Origin: Tubiluchus corallicola
Taxonomy: Eukaryota > Animalia > Priapulida
Direction of reading: 5' to 3'
Length of the DNA stretch: 64,000 nucleotides
NCBI GenBank assembly: GCA_030141605.1
Contig: JAQGDQ010000709.1
Span: 1 to 64,000 of the forward strand
The notes under the pieces were generated by a model. That model was given only the letters and a program-made list of their open reading frames with translations, was not told the DNA's origin and searched no databases. This document shows, piece by piece, positions 13,666 to 26,570 of this stretch. The position numbers were made by a program, and so were the translations under genes. Position 1 is the stretch's first letter; every line of letters starts with the position of its first letter.

Positions 13666-15058
13666 TTACACATGACTAAGGGGAATCTGCTTCACGTCGT
13701 TGATCGGTTTGCAGAGCCTGGAGTGCGGATGTTCGTATGTCCTTTTCCCACAAAGCCTTGCATAGAACCGCTTCCAGGAGTCCAAGGTTTTTCCGGACCA
13801 TATCCAGAAACCGGAAGTGATACCCACAACTAAGCACATGAAGTATTTTAACATGAACAGCGAATAGTTAGGTGCGGAAGTGGGACCGTCGCCCGTGCAC
13901 GTTTTGCACGTGTACGCAGCCTCCCACTTAGGCCGGTTGTATTGTTCGTAAAAGTAACACACGATAACAATGGTGGCCGGTACAGTGTACAATACGCTAA
14001 ACACTCCGATGCGCACCATCAGTTTCTCAAGTTTGTCGGTTTTCGTGCGACCTTGTCGCTTTATCACATTTCGAATACGAAACAGGCTTATGAAACCCGC
14101 AGACAGGAACAACGTCCCGATTATTAAATAGGCGATGAGGGGGGCCAAAACGAAGCCCCGCAAGTTCTCGAGGTTTTGATTACCGACGTAGCAGATCCCG
14201 ACGATCGGGTCTCCGTCCACGCTGGACGTGGCAAGAACCGCGATGCTCTTGACCGACGGTATGAGCCACGCCGCCAGATGGAAGTACTGTGAGTAGGAAG
14301 CGATTGCCTCGTTGGACCACTTCAGCGCTGCAGCGAGAAACCAGGTGAAGGACAAGACAACCCACCAGATGGAAGAGGCCATGCCGAAGAAGTAGATCAG
14401 CAGAAAGACGACGGTACACCACGCCGGACCGGTGGTCTCGTACAGGATGGCTCTCCTACCTTCCTCGTATAACTCATCATCGCAAGCTACTTTCTCTCTA
14501 CCCATGACAATTTGGACGATGTAGCCAGCAGAGACCATCAGGTAACAAGCCGACAGGAAGATGATGGGACGTTCTGGGTACTTGAAGCGCTGCATGTCGA
14601 TCAGGAAGGTGCACACGGTCACAAACGTCGACAAACAGCATAAAATGGACCACAGTTTGACCCAAAAGCCCGCAAACCATTTCTCCTTGTCAGTAAAGTA
14701 AATGCCATCACAATTCATCGCGCAGTTTGCTTCCCCTCCGACATTATATTTCTCTCCCTCTTTGTAAATCAGTGGCCACACACATCCGCACTTGCAAGTC
14801 TCTGATGTCTTCTGCGGAATTTCCTCGGTCGATGGAGGATTTTTGGCCGACTTCCCCTTTCCTTTTCCTTTTCCCTTCCGACCCTGATCCGGTTTTTGTT
14901 TCGAAGAACTCTCTTCTGACGTACTGAAGTTGTCCATACACAAGTTGTTTGGGTCACCGTATTTTGGCAAATTGTCGCACTTCATCCGTTCCGGCCAAGC
15001 GAACCCGTACTGACGCATCAGGGGTGCACACCCAGTTCTGGCTCTTTCACAGACACTC
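13666..15058 (-). CDS. fzd5/8: Frizzled-5/8 coding exon 3: end of CRD, linker, 7TM domain, KTxxxW motif, PDZ-binding C-terminus
   Basis: The acceptor TTGCAG|G completes an Arg codon and reads [27 protein letters not shown]. Frizzled TM motifs [34 protein letters not shown] and [21 protein letters not shown] are present. KTLDSW and terminal PLSHV* are typical of the Fz5/8 class. Confidence 0.97.
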
Positions 15059-15144
15059 CTGCAACGGCAAAATAAAAAAAATTAATAGGGTACCATCAGG
15101 GTGGAAGCACTCACTGGAATTTTACACTAGCATTTAACTAGATC

Positions 15145-15321
15145 GTGACCAATAATAAAGTCACAGGAAAAAAGTCACAACAAAGTTTGGTTAGAATTAG
15201 GATTAGGGATAGGATAGGGTTAGGATTAGGATTATTAAGTAATTTCCTTTCTTCTCTGTGCCTTTTTTGTGTATTTTTTTCTCCTGCGATTTTTTTACCT
15301 GTGACTCTTTTACCTGGATTC
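15145..15321 (+). mobile_element. MITE with telomere-like core (GTGACC...AAAGTCACAGG ... TTAGG(G) ... GTGACT...CCTGGATTC family)
   Basis: Subterminal inverted AAAGTCACAG/CTGTGACT repeats surround TTAGGA/TAGGGT repeats. The same termini recur at 34.8, 36.8 and 38.5 kb. Confidence 0.75.
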
Positions 15322-15592
15322 AAATAGAAAACCACACTAGTGTTTCGCTTAAATTTTGAAAGAGAATATTAATCAGTCGTTATCGGCTGTGATTTCTAAG
15401 CAAAAACTTCACTCAAGGCGCACCGTATTGGTACATATACTTAACATTCATGTTCAGCACCTTGGAAAAATTTAGAAGATGAAAGACGAAAGTGACTGCT
15501 TAGGCCACAAACAGTTTTAAAACTCGAAATTTTATTCTTCAGAATAAAATTTGCAAGACTCCAATCTAAGCTATTTCGCATTTAACAAAAAT

Positions 15593-16296
15593 TTAAAGCA
15601 AAACAGGGTAATTTTTCATATCCACTGTGAAACACGGTAAAAAATATACATTTTGACACCTATAATAATGCCAACACATTTCTGGTTATTAAAAAATAAG
15701 TTAAAAATTTAATTAAAGACCGGCGTGTCCAACTAGTGATGACATCACAAACGAAAATAATTTTCAACAGCACAAAAATCCCGCGAGCATGCTGCATGCG
15801 TCTGCGACGGCAAAAATTTAAGCACAGTGCTGCTGTACAACAGTCAGTGTGATATAAAATAACTAGGCAAATTACAAGTGCAAAATTAAAATTTCAAGTT
15901 TACAGCCGTGCTCACACTCACGCTCGAACAAATGCACTACGTCACAACTGAACATCTGTGAAATGAATGGTGAACAAATGCACTACGTCACAACTGAACA
16001 TCTGTGAAATGAAAGGTGAACAAATACACTACGTCACAACTGAACACCTGCGAAATGAAAGGTACAGCGCATGTTTTTCTGTAACGCATTTGCAAGCGCT
16101 AGTACAATCTTACCAGTGGATGACGAAATGCATGTAACAGCGAAGAACTAGCCCCGCGAACGCGAAATTACCATTCTGTTGTAAGAATTCTTTCGCGCAA
16201 GTCATTCTTGAAAAAATACTGTGTTGCTTTTCAATACTTTATACAGGGTAGATTGTTTTGAGCTATAATTTAAGATGCAGCGCGGTTTTGCCTTAA
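15593..16296 (+). mobile_element. Kolobok-like non-autonomous DNA transposon with internal 46-bp triplication
   Basis: TTAA|AGCAAAACAGG ... GCGGTTTTGCC|TTAA. Colinear homology with copies at 28.8, 50.2, 55.4 and 62.0 kb. A 46-bp unit occurs three times at 15926-16063. Confidence 0.75.
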
Positions 16297-17024
16297 AGCT
16301 CAAACAGTCTGCAAAACCTAGTAAGCTAACATCACGGTGCCATTAGCATTATAAGAGCCTTGAAATGCGAAGGTGTTAGGTCATTAATTAAGAGTTAACA
16401 TTTGTCCTAGTAAGTGTGTAACCTGAGATTTTGCCAGAGTTTGATTTAATGGTCACAAAGCTAACGCATTAACCATTTGTCTCAATTGTTCAGGGAAACA
16501 ATTCCCAATGTTGTTCCAGGGTCACGTGACGTCGAGAACAGCGCCAGCGGTGTGAGTTTTAGCAAGCACTCAAGAGCGTCCGGGTCTCCAAGCACCCGCA
16601 CCCATACACCCAAGTGCTACTGTACCCGCTAACCGTGGCGCTAAGCGCAGAGAAGTGTGCACACGTACTTAGGCCCCAAAGTGGTCCGCCACAACAAAGC
16701 TGCCAGTCCTAATAAACATGGGCTTTGCGATTATGAGGTCATTTGTGGACGGCAGGGGATCTGGTATGAGCGTTGACCGTTCACACATACTTCAGGCTTG
16801 CAGCAGTGAAGTACCATTGTTCGACAGAGCGCGCTTGAATTTGTTGCTTCTGAAAGGAAGCACATTCATTAAGGGCGACGGGGGAGCAAGAGACGAACAA
16901 ATAACCTTGCCATTAAGGACTCAGCTGCCTCCTCTGAACGATGCATAATCAAACCCACCCATAGGCACAGCTCTACTCCTTGCAGCAATCCTAAAGAATT
17001 ACTAGGAATTTCATTCACTGCTTG

Positions 17025-17478
<454 letters not shown>

Positions 17479-17712
17479 CAGTTTCTTCACATTTAATACC
17501 ACTTTACAGCAACTTTTAGTTAAAAAACAATTAAGAATCTGAATACAAGCAGTGAGAAAACTTCCGCTGTTAACAGAAAAAGGGATAATTCCTAATTTTG
17601 CAGTGGAGAAAACGATTATTCCCCCACCAGTGCTACAGTAGCAGAAAAATAACGCAAAGTGCTAACAATTGAACTGCCTGTTCATCTTACTGCACATCTA
17701 TTCCCTATGCTC

Positions 17713-17937
17713 GAAATCAGGTAAAAAAGTCACTGGAAAAAATTCACGGGAGAAAGGAAACAACTCTAAGCTCTAACCTAACCGTAACCCTAACAATAAC
17801 TCTAAGCTCTAACCTAACCGTAACCCTAACAATAACTCTAAGCTCTAACCTAACCGTAACCCTAACAATAACCCTAAGCTCTAATCTAACCGTAACCCTA
17901 ACAATAACCCTAAGCTCTAACCTAACCGTAACCCTAA
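17713..17937 (-). repeat. Partial telomere-core MITE whose core is amplified as a 36-bp minisatellite (x5)
   Basis: GAAATCAGGTAAAAAAGTCAC end followed by AACTCTAAGCTCTAACCTAACCGTAACCCTAACAAT x5 from 17762. Confidence 0.85.
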
Positions 17938-20432
17938 GACACTTAACAAATCGTCATTTTTATAAATCACGCTGCCGTGAATGTCTAGACTTTGTGATAC
18001 TGAATGGCTTCAAGTAGTAAAAGGCATCAACCTCGTCGAATAAATTCTTTCAAAACATATTGGCTTCAATGACGGGATGACGACTATTTAGTTTAGTATC
18101 CATGGATGATGGAATATGGACCATCAAGCAGCTACAATTTCATTTGAAAGAACTTGAATTCAAAAATCATGCGAACGTAGGTAAAGTGGCACTGAAAAAA
18201 TAAAATGGGACAGGAAAAAATGGCACACAAAAAATGGCACCGAAAAAATGGCGCAAATGCAAAAATTGCATGCAACTATACGTGTTATTTTGATACAAAT
18301 AATTTCTATAAAGAAAACTAGAATGTGCTCAGTAGGAAGCAGATCTTCACAGAGGTCGCAAATCCTAAACATGTTCGTTTAATTCTTTGATTTTTTTTGC
18401 TTGTTGTTCTTAGTTTTATCATAAAACTAAGTTAAACAAGCAAACATACAGAAATGCACCTGTATTGGTATTACATCGATTAGCAAAAGACTCATAAAAA
18501 TTTTGTTCATTAAATTGAATTATAATCAGTAATGCACGAGCATTCTATATAGTGTTTGTCTACATTTCTTTGGCCATATGGCGATGGTACATGTGTAAAT
18601 AGTTACAGACAACGTTACATAGTTTTCCAAGCGAGAATTTCTTGAAATGGAGCCTGAAACAAACTCGAAATTGTTTGTCTTAGTGGAGATAATAAACAAA
18701 GAGTTTCTAACCAAGCACTCCTCTTCGCAAAAATCTATAACACTCCCTCTGTCCACAAAGTGCTCACGATGGGTTTTGGGGGGGTGGGGTTTGGTTGGGG
18801 GTGGGGTTTTTTTTGCTTTATGCGAACATACTGCCTCCTCTCTCCCTCTCTTTCTCTTGCCGCACGCGCGCCGTTTGCCAGTATTGACAAGTATTAAGGA
18901 CTGGTCTTGAGAATAAAGCAGTTTTTCTTTCAATTGTTCTTTCCTTTAACAACTGTATAACTCCATATTTTCTCTTCGAAAATGCTTCTCCGGGGTTCTA
19001 GCAGTTCAAAAATTTTCTGGGCGCCAACCATGGTAGCGCCCGCCCCGCGGCGCTTCGCCCCCCCCCCCGCATGGGGCCACACGCGCCCCACTTCCCCGGG
19101 CCTCGCCTAGGCTGAAATAGGCCCTGATCACGATTGTTTTTTGTATGTGGTGTTTCGGTCAAGTTTTGTGATAAAAAGAACTGGCCAAAAAAACTTCCAT
19201 TTTGGTAAGTTTACACCCCCCCCCCCTCCCACTGTCCAGGAACCTGCGCCAAAGTGCATCCTTTGTCATCATCCCCTACCCGTCTTATTTCACAAAGTTT
19301 CAAAGTTTTTGTTTTTGCGTAATAGGCTTACTACTATTTATAACAGATAAAAAACAAACAAACACCGTTGAAGGATAAATTCTTTGGCAGAGGTAAAAAT
19401 AACTAAAATAATTAATCCTCACAGTAACCCTATCTCTAAGCTCATATTTTATGAGTCCGCCACTTTTTTCTATTTTTTCATTCGTGCCATTTTTACCCGT
19501 GCCGTTTTTACCGTGCACAAGTGAAACCATGTGTTCCGAAGCTACCTAAACTAGAATCTAAAAAATCGCATTATTTCAATTATTCTACGACTTATATTAG
19601 CCGGACTAAGCACTGTAGGCTTACTGTAGCGCGGCGAGCAGGTGTTGTGGGTGTACAGCACCCATTTCTGCGTGCGCGTGGCGATAGCCTCACGCTGATA
19701 ACAGACATAATGCACTGTGAAGCTGTGATTTAATATTCACAACTTACAAAAGTAATAGTGTCCCGAAGATTAAAGGCGAAACAGTAGACACAAGACAACT
19801 ATACGATTACCTAAAAACTCGTGACAAAGAAACGGGCGTGCGCGGCACTTGGCGTTGCTAGGCAACGGCGCTACGTAATCTCCTACAGTAGAAGCGACAA
19901 AGAACAATAATAGACCTAATTATTTTACAAAAAGATCCTCTTCTACGGGGGCTTAATAACATTTGCGGACGAATAGAAAAAATGACATTAGTCAGTAAGG
20001 CTACATCTGACAAAGCAAACAATCATTTTACTATAATGCGATTACTTGCAGTGTCGTAACTTTTGCTTCATCCTGTACACAAAAAGTCAAATGCAATAAG
20101 GTTGCTAAAAGAAACGGACAGTTAGAGCACAGGTAATAAAGTCACAGGAAGAAAGTCATGGAAAAGATCACAATTTTGACTAGGAAAAAAGTGACAGAAA
20201 CAAAATTGCAATCACTTTTGGATAGGGCTAATGTCATTTCTTTTCTCCTGTGACTTTTTACATTTTCTCACGCCAAAAAATGTCTATTAAGAACCGATGG
20301 CTAATCAAATTCACATAATAGTATTGTACAGATTATCCAAAAATTCTCTAAAGCCAGTGGATAAAGGGTTAATATCCGATATGGTTGTTCGATTTGATAT
20401 TTGTTAAAAAAAAGGGTTGATAAATAAATGTA

Positions 20433-20717
20433 CAGGATGTTCCAAAATAACACAGTGCAGTAGTAATACACCAAACGCGACAAACTGAATGTACTGCATT
20501 GTGGCATCATAACGACAGAAAAAAAATTAACATTTTCTATTCCAATTTCCAATTCCTATTCTAATACAATTTCAATTGTATCTGTTACAATGTTTCTGTG
20601 ACATAATTTGGCATGATCACACTTACTGTTCCATGTCCATCAACATAGTGTAATATTGATAATACTAATGTATGCCTGTAGTGTTTGTTGTTACCTTGTT
20701 TCTTTTGGAACACCGTG
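20433..20717. mobile_element. Tc1/mariner-type MITE
   Basis: TA|CAGGATGTTCCAAAA ... TTTTGGAACACCGTG|TA, an imperfect TIR with TA flanks. Confidence 0.65.
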
Positions 20718-20739
20718 TATAATAAAGGTGAGTGCATAC

Positions 20740-20858
20740 CTGCAAGCTGGCAGTGGCTTGTTGTAATTGGTCATACAAATTGGAGCGTACATGCTACAGA
20801 GAAAGAACTTCAGATCCTCACTACACTGTATCTCCACTAGAGGCCAGAATTGATGCAC
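20740..20858 (-). CDS. fzd5/8: Frizzled-5/8 coding exon 2 (CRD)
   Basis: TTTTCCAG| [39 protein letters not shown]+AG |GTATGC. It is 119 bp, and phases 0 and 2 fit the neighbouring exons. Confidence 0.97.
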
Positions 20859-23686
20859 CTGGAAAATAGAAAAACGATTCATTGAGATTAATGTGAAATT
20901 AATCAAATGATTAACTGTAGAAAAATTATCCCTTAATCAGGGTCAAAAAGACTCGAACCTGGAACCTTCTGCTTGCTAAACATAGAATACATCTACACTG
21001 CAACTGCTGATTTCTTGATATTTTGCGTGTTTGTGTGTATAATAATTTTTTAGCGTGTTACACGGCAATTTCATGCTGAAAAAAAGAAATTGAGTTGAAT
21101 TGAATGCACATCCATACTACTGTAAAATAGAAATCAACACTTATCCAATATTCAAAGAGCAATCAAAAATTCTTATGGAGAAAACGGTCTTTTTCTAGAG
21201 GCCTACTTAATTTTCTTAATAAGCTTGATATGAGACTACAGCAACATCAATTTTTCATTAGCATTGCGTACATTTGTTGTTGTTCCGCCTTTGTTTTTCG
21301 CAGAGAAATTGAGAACATCTTGAGCCCGATGTAAATAATGTTATTATAGTGTGTTATACAGCGTATACAGCCACCATTGCACGTATAGCATTCTTGTTGG
21401 AAAGAATTCTAACAGACTGCATACTGAATTGTGTCAGAGCCCCCGACAGCCAGGGAATATTCAGACTTCAAATTTTGCAATTTTTCTCCTCCGAGTAGCT
21501 CTTACATCTTCTGAATTTATAAACATTTCTTCAATCGGCAACCATTTCTCCTCGCAGCTGAACTCGACTCGTTTTTCACTGGAGAATAAATCTTCATCGA
21601 AGCCGTCGGATCAACAATTCTTAACGACCGCGTGCAAGGTCAGTTGGCGCACGCGCATATTTATGCATCAAGATTAGACACGTTCTATTGTTTTAAAAAA
21701 TAAATGTTATCGAAAAGTGCAATAAATAAGAAATGTATGACCTAGTTTGATTACAAAACTCGATAGCTCACAACAAAACTTTACCACTAATGCTAAATGA
21801 GTGATTGATAGTTGAGAAATGGAAATTTACAGCCGTACACGACGGATGACATCAGAGATGACGTATCACTCGTTATGTCATGTGACATTTGCTCGGTCGC
21901 GCAAAATCCAGTCTTTATTCTTTAGCTATCATGCCTGAAGTCCCCAATCCCTTTACAATGTCATCCATTATGCATTCGTTAGCTAATAAGAATCATTGTC
22001 ACACGTGTTAGCATCACATAAACGGATGCCTCAATCATGAATGACGTCACACTGATGTGACATTGCCCGGATAATTCCACAAATTTGTTTGCTTTGCCAG
22101 TGATCGCAATCTTTAATAATAACTTACGCATTGTTTTCGTTTTCGTGTATGACGTCATTATGCTGTGACATCAGATGATGTGCTTTGTTTGCATCTAGAA
22201 ACCTCATGTATTTACTGGAAACTCATTATCATCTATTAATGTCTTCGGATAAGATGTTAACAGACAATGTTTGTTTAAAAAAAAGCAAAAGCCCATTGTC
22301 CATTATGATAATATGCAACCCGCGTGGCGACACTGTGCTGGCCACGTCACACCGGAGGGCAAGTGTGGTGGCGCTGTGCTCGCAACGTCACACCGGAAGG
22401 AATGTGGAAGACATTAATCACGTGAATATATACGATTTTGACCTGTTAAAGCTGCAGAACTCTGCTGTATGGATCGATCGATTCCACTCGAGTAGGTCGA
22501 ACTATCTTCTAACGTCTCAACGCGTTTAATGACACGGGGAAAGGACGCAGAGCCTAATTATGAAAACAAGGCGAGTTCTCGGCAAAGCTACCGGAAAGAT
22601 TTTGCTGCTTATTAGCGTGGAAACGCATCAAATCATCTTCCTATCAGTCTCGCCTCGAGGCGGAAGCTAGAGCGGAGGAGGCACGGAGTGTTTGATTAAG
22701 CGGGAAGATTCTAAACAGGAGTTCTTCAAGGGCGCACTTGGGACCGTAAATTATTACTGTGTCAAAAGATAGAACACACCAGGAACTCAGAAAGCCATCA
22801 ATTACTGGAAAAACAATACCAGGAATTCAGAAAGCGATCAATTACTAGAAAAACAATTTAGATTATTTTTAGATTATTTACTATAAAATTTGTGATTGCT
22901 TATAAATTCAAACTAAAGCATTTAATAACAGTTGCTTCGGAACAGTTATTGTCTGAATGAGTTTTTGTTTGAACGTTTAATCACATACCTAGTGTATGAA
23001 CCCTCGTAAAGCGAATTAACGAATGGTACAGTGAAATGAGGGACAAGGTAGCATATAACAAGAGATGTTAAGTTAAGAAATTAAGTAAAAAGATAACGTA
23101 AAAATTTGTTTCGTAATTTTATTTTGTTATTTTAATTTAATGGTATATTCCAAACGTTTATTTGGTAAAATAAACAAATAAAATCAACAAAACGTCGCAT
23201 TTTCTGCAGCAGGCAAAGCAGCATTAAAACTCTAACGCCTGATAACACAATGAAAATTAGTTTTGTATACATTCAAGTTTTCTCTTTGAAGATGTTCGTA
23301 ACTCAATCAATAGGCTCAATACAAGAAAATTCCTCTATTCCACACCTAACACGATTGGAACAGAATTCTAACACAATATTGACAAAGTCTCGTAATTCTC
23401 ACAAATTTGACTTTCATGAGTCTTTAGAGGAGGAGTACAGCAGGTTTTATGCCTCCAGAATAAAGTTAATGGAAAAATGCATTATTTATCCTCGCGAAGA
23501 ATGTTTGGGCATGAAAACTCAAAGAGCCATTCTTACGAAATGAGGTGATTACAACTGACAAAAATTTACCACATGACCTACAGGTGCACTGTTATCAACA
23601 CAGATACGTTTACCATTTTACTTTGTTGGGCAATCTGCAATTCTAAAAATCTGAACTTTAAACCAACGATCCATAATTTTGTTTTC

Positions 23687-23958
23687 AGCTAGATGTCGCC
23701 TACTGTGTAGAAGGCCCACCGCTTCGGACATGCATGTTTTATCTGAAACTGCTTTCAGATTACTGTAGCCTTGCAACCTTGCATTAACACAAGTATATAA
23801 ATATATACTCTTTAACTATTAAGCTAGATGTCGCCTACTATGTAGAAGGCCCACCGCTTCAGACACGCATGTTTTATCTGAAACTGCTTTCAGATTACTG
23901 TAACCTTGCAACCTTGCATTAACACAAGTATATAAATATATACTCTTTAACTATTAAG
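23687..23958. repeat. 135-bp tandem duplication
   Basis: AGCTAGATGTCGCCTACT...CTCTTTAACTATTA starts at 23687 and again at 23822, with few mismatches. Confidence 0.95.
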
Positions 23959-24497
23959 ACAATCACTACAGTCTCAGTTTTACACAGTTCGACCACAGAT
24001 GGCGCTGCGTTTATACGCGCCTCACAAAATCAGTTTAAACTGTTGCAAAATTTCACAAAAACCCGTCACAAAACGATCGCGTTAATCCACAAACGCAAGT
24101 GATAATACTAGAGCAATAATCCCGCTAATCCTACAAAGACGCTGACAATTACCCAAACGTAATTACCATACTCCAGCAGACTGGCTGCAGTTCAATTAAC
24201 TTATCCCACAGCCGCCATTTGCACAACCATTTTCAAATTAGATTTAACAGTAGGTTTGGGTCCCTAATTGTTTGTGCTTTAAATTTACGGGTAATGCTAT
24301 AAGAGCACAGTCATCGAGGCAGATTTATTGAAAGAGTTTTGTGACAACGGCTATAACCGAGATACGCTGTCATGCTATCAACATTAATTAATTTTAAAAG
24401 CCCGTAAAATTGAACTGTTTTCTAACTAGAGCTAGAAGGTGAGTGAAAGTTTGAATAAGGGGGGGTGGGGGTGGGGAGGGAGTTAGTGGGTACAGGC

Positions 24498-24615
24498 GGT
24501 GACGTACAAAGTTACAAATAATTTTACCTAGGGTTAGGGCTACGGTAATTTCTTTACCCTTTCTGTGGCTTGTTTATCTGTGACTTTTCCACCTGTCGCT
24601 TTATTATCTGAATTC
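24498..24615 (+). mobile_element. Degenerate telomere-core MITE copy
   Basis: GGTGACG...AAAGTTACA...CTAGGGTTAGGG...CTGTGACTTTT...TCTGAATTC. Confidence 0.55.
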
Positions 24616-25084
24616 GTATAGGTAGCAAGGATGAGAATGACAAATTACAAAAAACTGGGGTTGAGCGGCAAAGTCCCCATGGGGGTTAAAGGGGATGAAG
24701 CCCCCTTGGAGCCAGCAACAAAATGTGTGACCGTACAGAGCCTCTAAGTGGACTTAAAATATCAATTACCTTGTTTCATGCATAATTTCAAACACCCAAC
24801 TATCAAGGATACATGATACATATGAAGTTATATATCTTATAAGAGGTTCCATAAATGAAAAGCAAATAACAAAGTAAATGTATGATTAACATAAGGACCA
24901 AGAGTTGTATTTAAATTTTACAAAGTCACGACAGTTTATATTCTACATTCTATGTACAGGACGTTGCGTTTATCGTTAGCTTCGTTTATGAGTTATTTTC
25001 TTCACAAGTTTCTCCAATACTTCCACTCTGTCCTTTCTCTTCTTTTGGTGATAAATTTTCGTCTATTTTTTCTCGTTAACGAAA

Positions 25085-25235
25085 TGTCATCATCATCATC
25101 ATCATCATCATCACCACCAAAATGTGCCCTTTACGACTATTGTAGACATTTGGCAGGCAGAATTTTAAGAGACATCTGTCCTCAAGACAGGTAAACACAA
25201 TAGCAAAAAAACTAGACACTGCTGTGCCAGTGGCT
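25085..25235 (-). mobile_element. Retroposon 3' end with (GAT)n tail; second copy at 50902-51035
   Basis: (CAT)n followed by TGTAGACATT.GGCAGGCA.AATT...CTCAAGACA.GTAAAC.CA...AGCAAAAAA..GACAC is shared by both loci. Confidence 0.6.
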
Positions 25236-26318
25236 TATCAGCACCACTTCCGTAAGTGGTGTGTGTAGCATACAGTGAATAAATGAACGTATGAACGTAG
25301 GTCTACAGCTTACAAATGTACTTGCCGCCTAAATAGAATGTACTAGACTTTTGACCAATCAGTGATTTAATTTGCAATAATTCAGAAAAAATGTTCTATA
25401 CATGAGCAAAATGAACCTCTGACTGTAACACACTCCTACACAGCAGAGGGAATTTACTCTTCTGTGAATGCCGTAGTAATTAGGATTCGCCCAGTTTTGC
25501 CCTCAAAGGGTTAAAACAATAATTTAGCTTGCACAGCACAGCATCAGCAACGCAGGCTGCACACAAATCAGTGTGGATTAATGAGTCATGCTTGTAATTA
25601 CATAATAAATGTACAAAGGGATGATGTTATTAAATGCCTAGCAAGCAGGACGGCAGGTTGGGGCTACTGTAGGGCTGTGAATGAGGCTTAGGGCACCGGG
25701 CATATCAAATTATAGAGGAGCGTAATTGCAATAGATGTTATACTGAGCTAGAACAGCGCTTCTCTGAGAGAGGGAATGCGAGTTATCCCATACCACCCCT
25801 TTTGTTTCATGTTCCTCGTCAGGGTTGCCATTTTGTACGTTGCTGGTTATCGTATTGGGGGCTAAAAAGTATCAAATTTTCCAACAAATCAAGGCATTTG
25901 TGGACAAATCACACTGAAATTTTTTTATGCAAATTGGGCTTTGAACCCTAAACCTGGAGACTGACAAATTAATGTCAAACAAACAGCAAACATGACATAT
26001 TAACATACCATTCAATCAACTTCGTTTCTCCTTGGAATATCATTTAATTTTCTCAGGCCAATTAAGTGTTTTATTTGAGATGATTTAAGCTCGACTTGTT
26101 TCATTCACTTTCTAAGCAAGTAAACTGTGTTTTTGTTGCCACAAGGTAATTTAGATCAGGTTTTTCAATAACTTGTTTCCTGCATATACCTATCAATCCC
26201 CAGTGAAGCTTTAGAACACTTCCGGGTTTCTTTTAACTCACATCCGGTTTGTTACTCTCTCTCTCTCTACTCAAGAGCTGTATGAACTCACAGCTGCACT
26301 TTTCTTACAGTCACTGCC

Positions 26319-26319
<1 letters not shown>

Positions 26320-26350
<31 letters not shown>

Positions 26351-26570
26351 TGTATGTATGTATGTATGTATGTATGTATGTATGTATGTATGTATGTATG
26401 TATGTATGTATGTATGATGTATATATTTATATCTAATTTTTCAGCTAACAAATTCATTACTCCCCATCAATTTTTCATTTACTCCGTTTAAACAGCTTAT
26501 ACGCTGCATTGGTAGAGTTCAGAGTTTCGAGTTCGAGCCCCAGGCGAGTCATACTTTTTCCACCAGACTT
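26320..26570 (+). mobile_element. Dispersed repeat: (TATG)n + AT-rich body + tRNA-like segment; second copy at 53360-53556
   Basis: About 150 bp are nearly identical between the two loci. Includes TGCATTGGTAGA (A-box-like), GAGTTCGAGCC (B-box-like) and a T-run. Confidence 0.75.

Noticed and set aside
13666-15018. 450-aa CRD-less Frizzled as a stand-alone ORF
   Set aside because: The Met is internal. The frame extends to a splice acceptor at 15058 and joins two upstream CRD exons.
17762-17937. True telomere or chromosome-fusion scar
   Set aside because: The hexamers are degenerate, organised as a 36-bp unit and attached to a MITE end.
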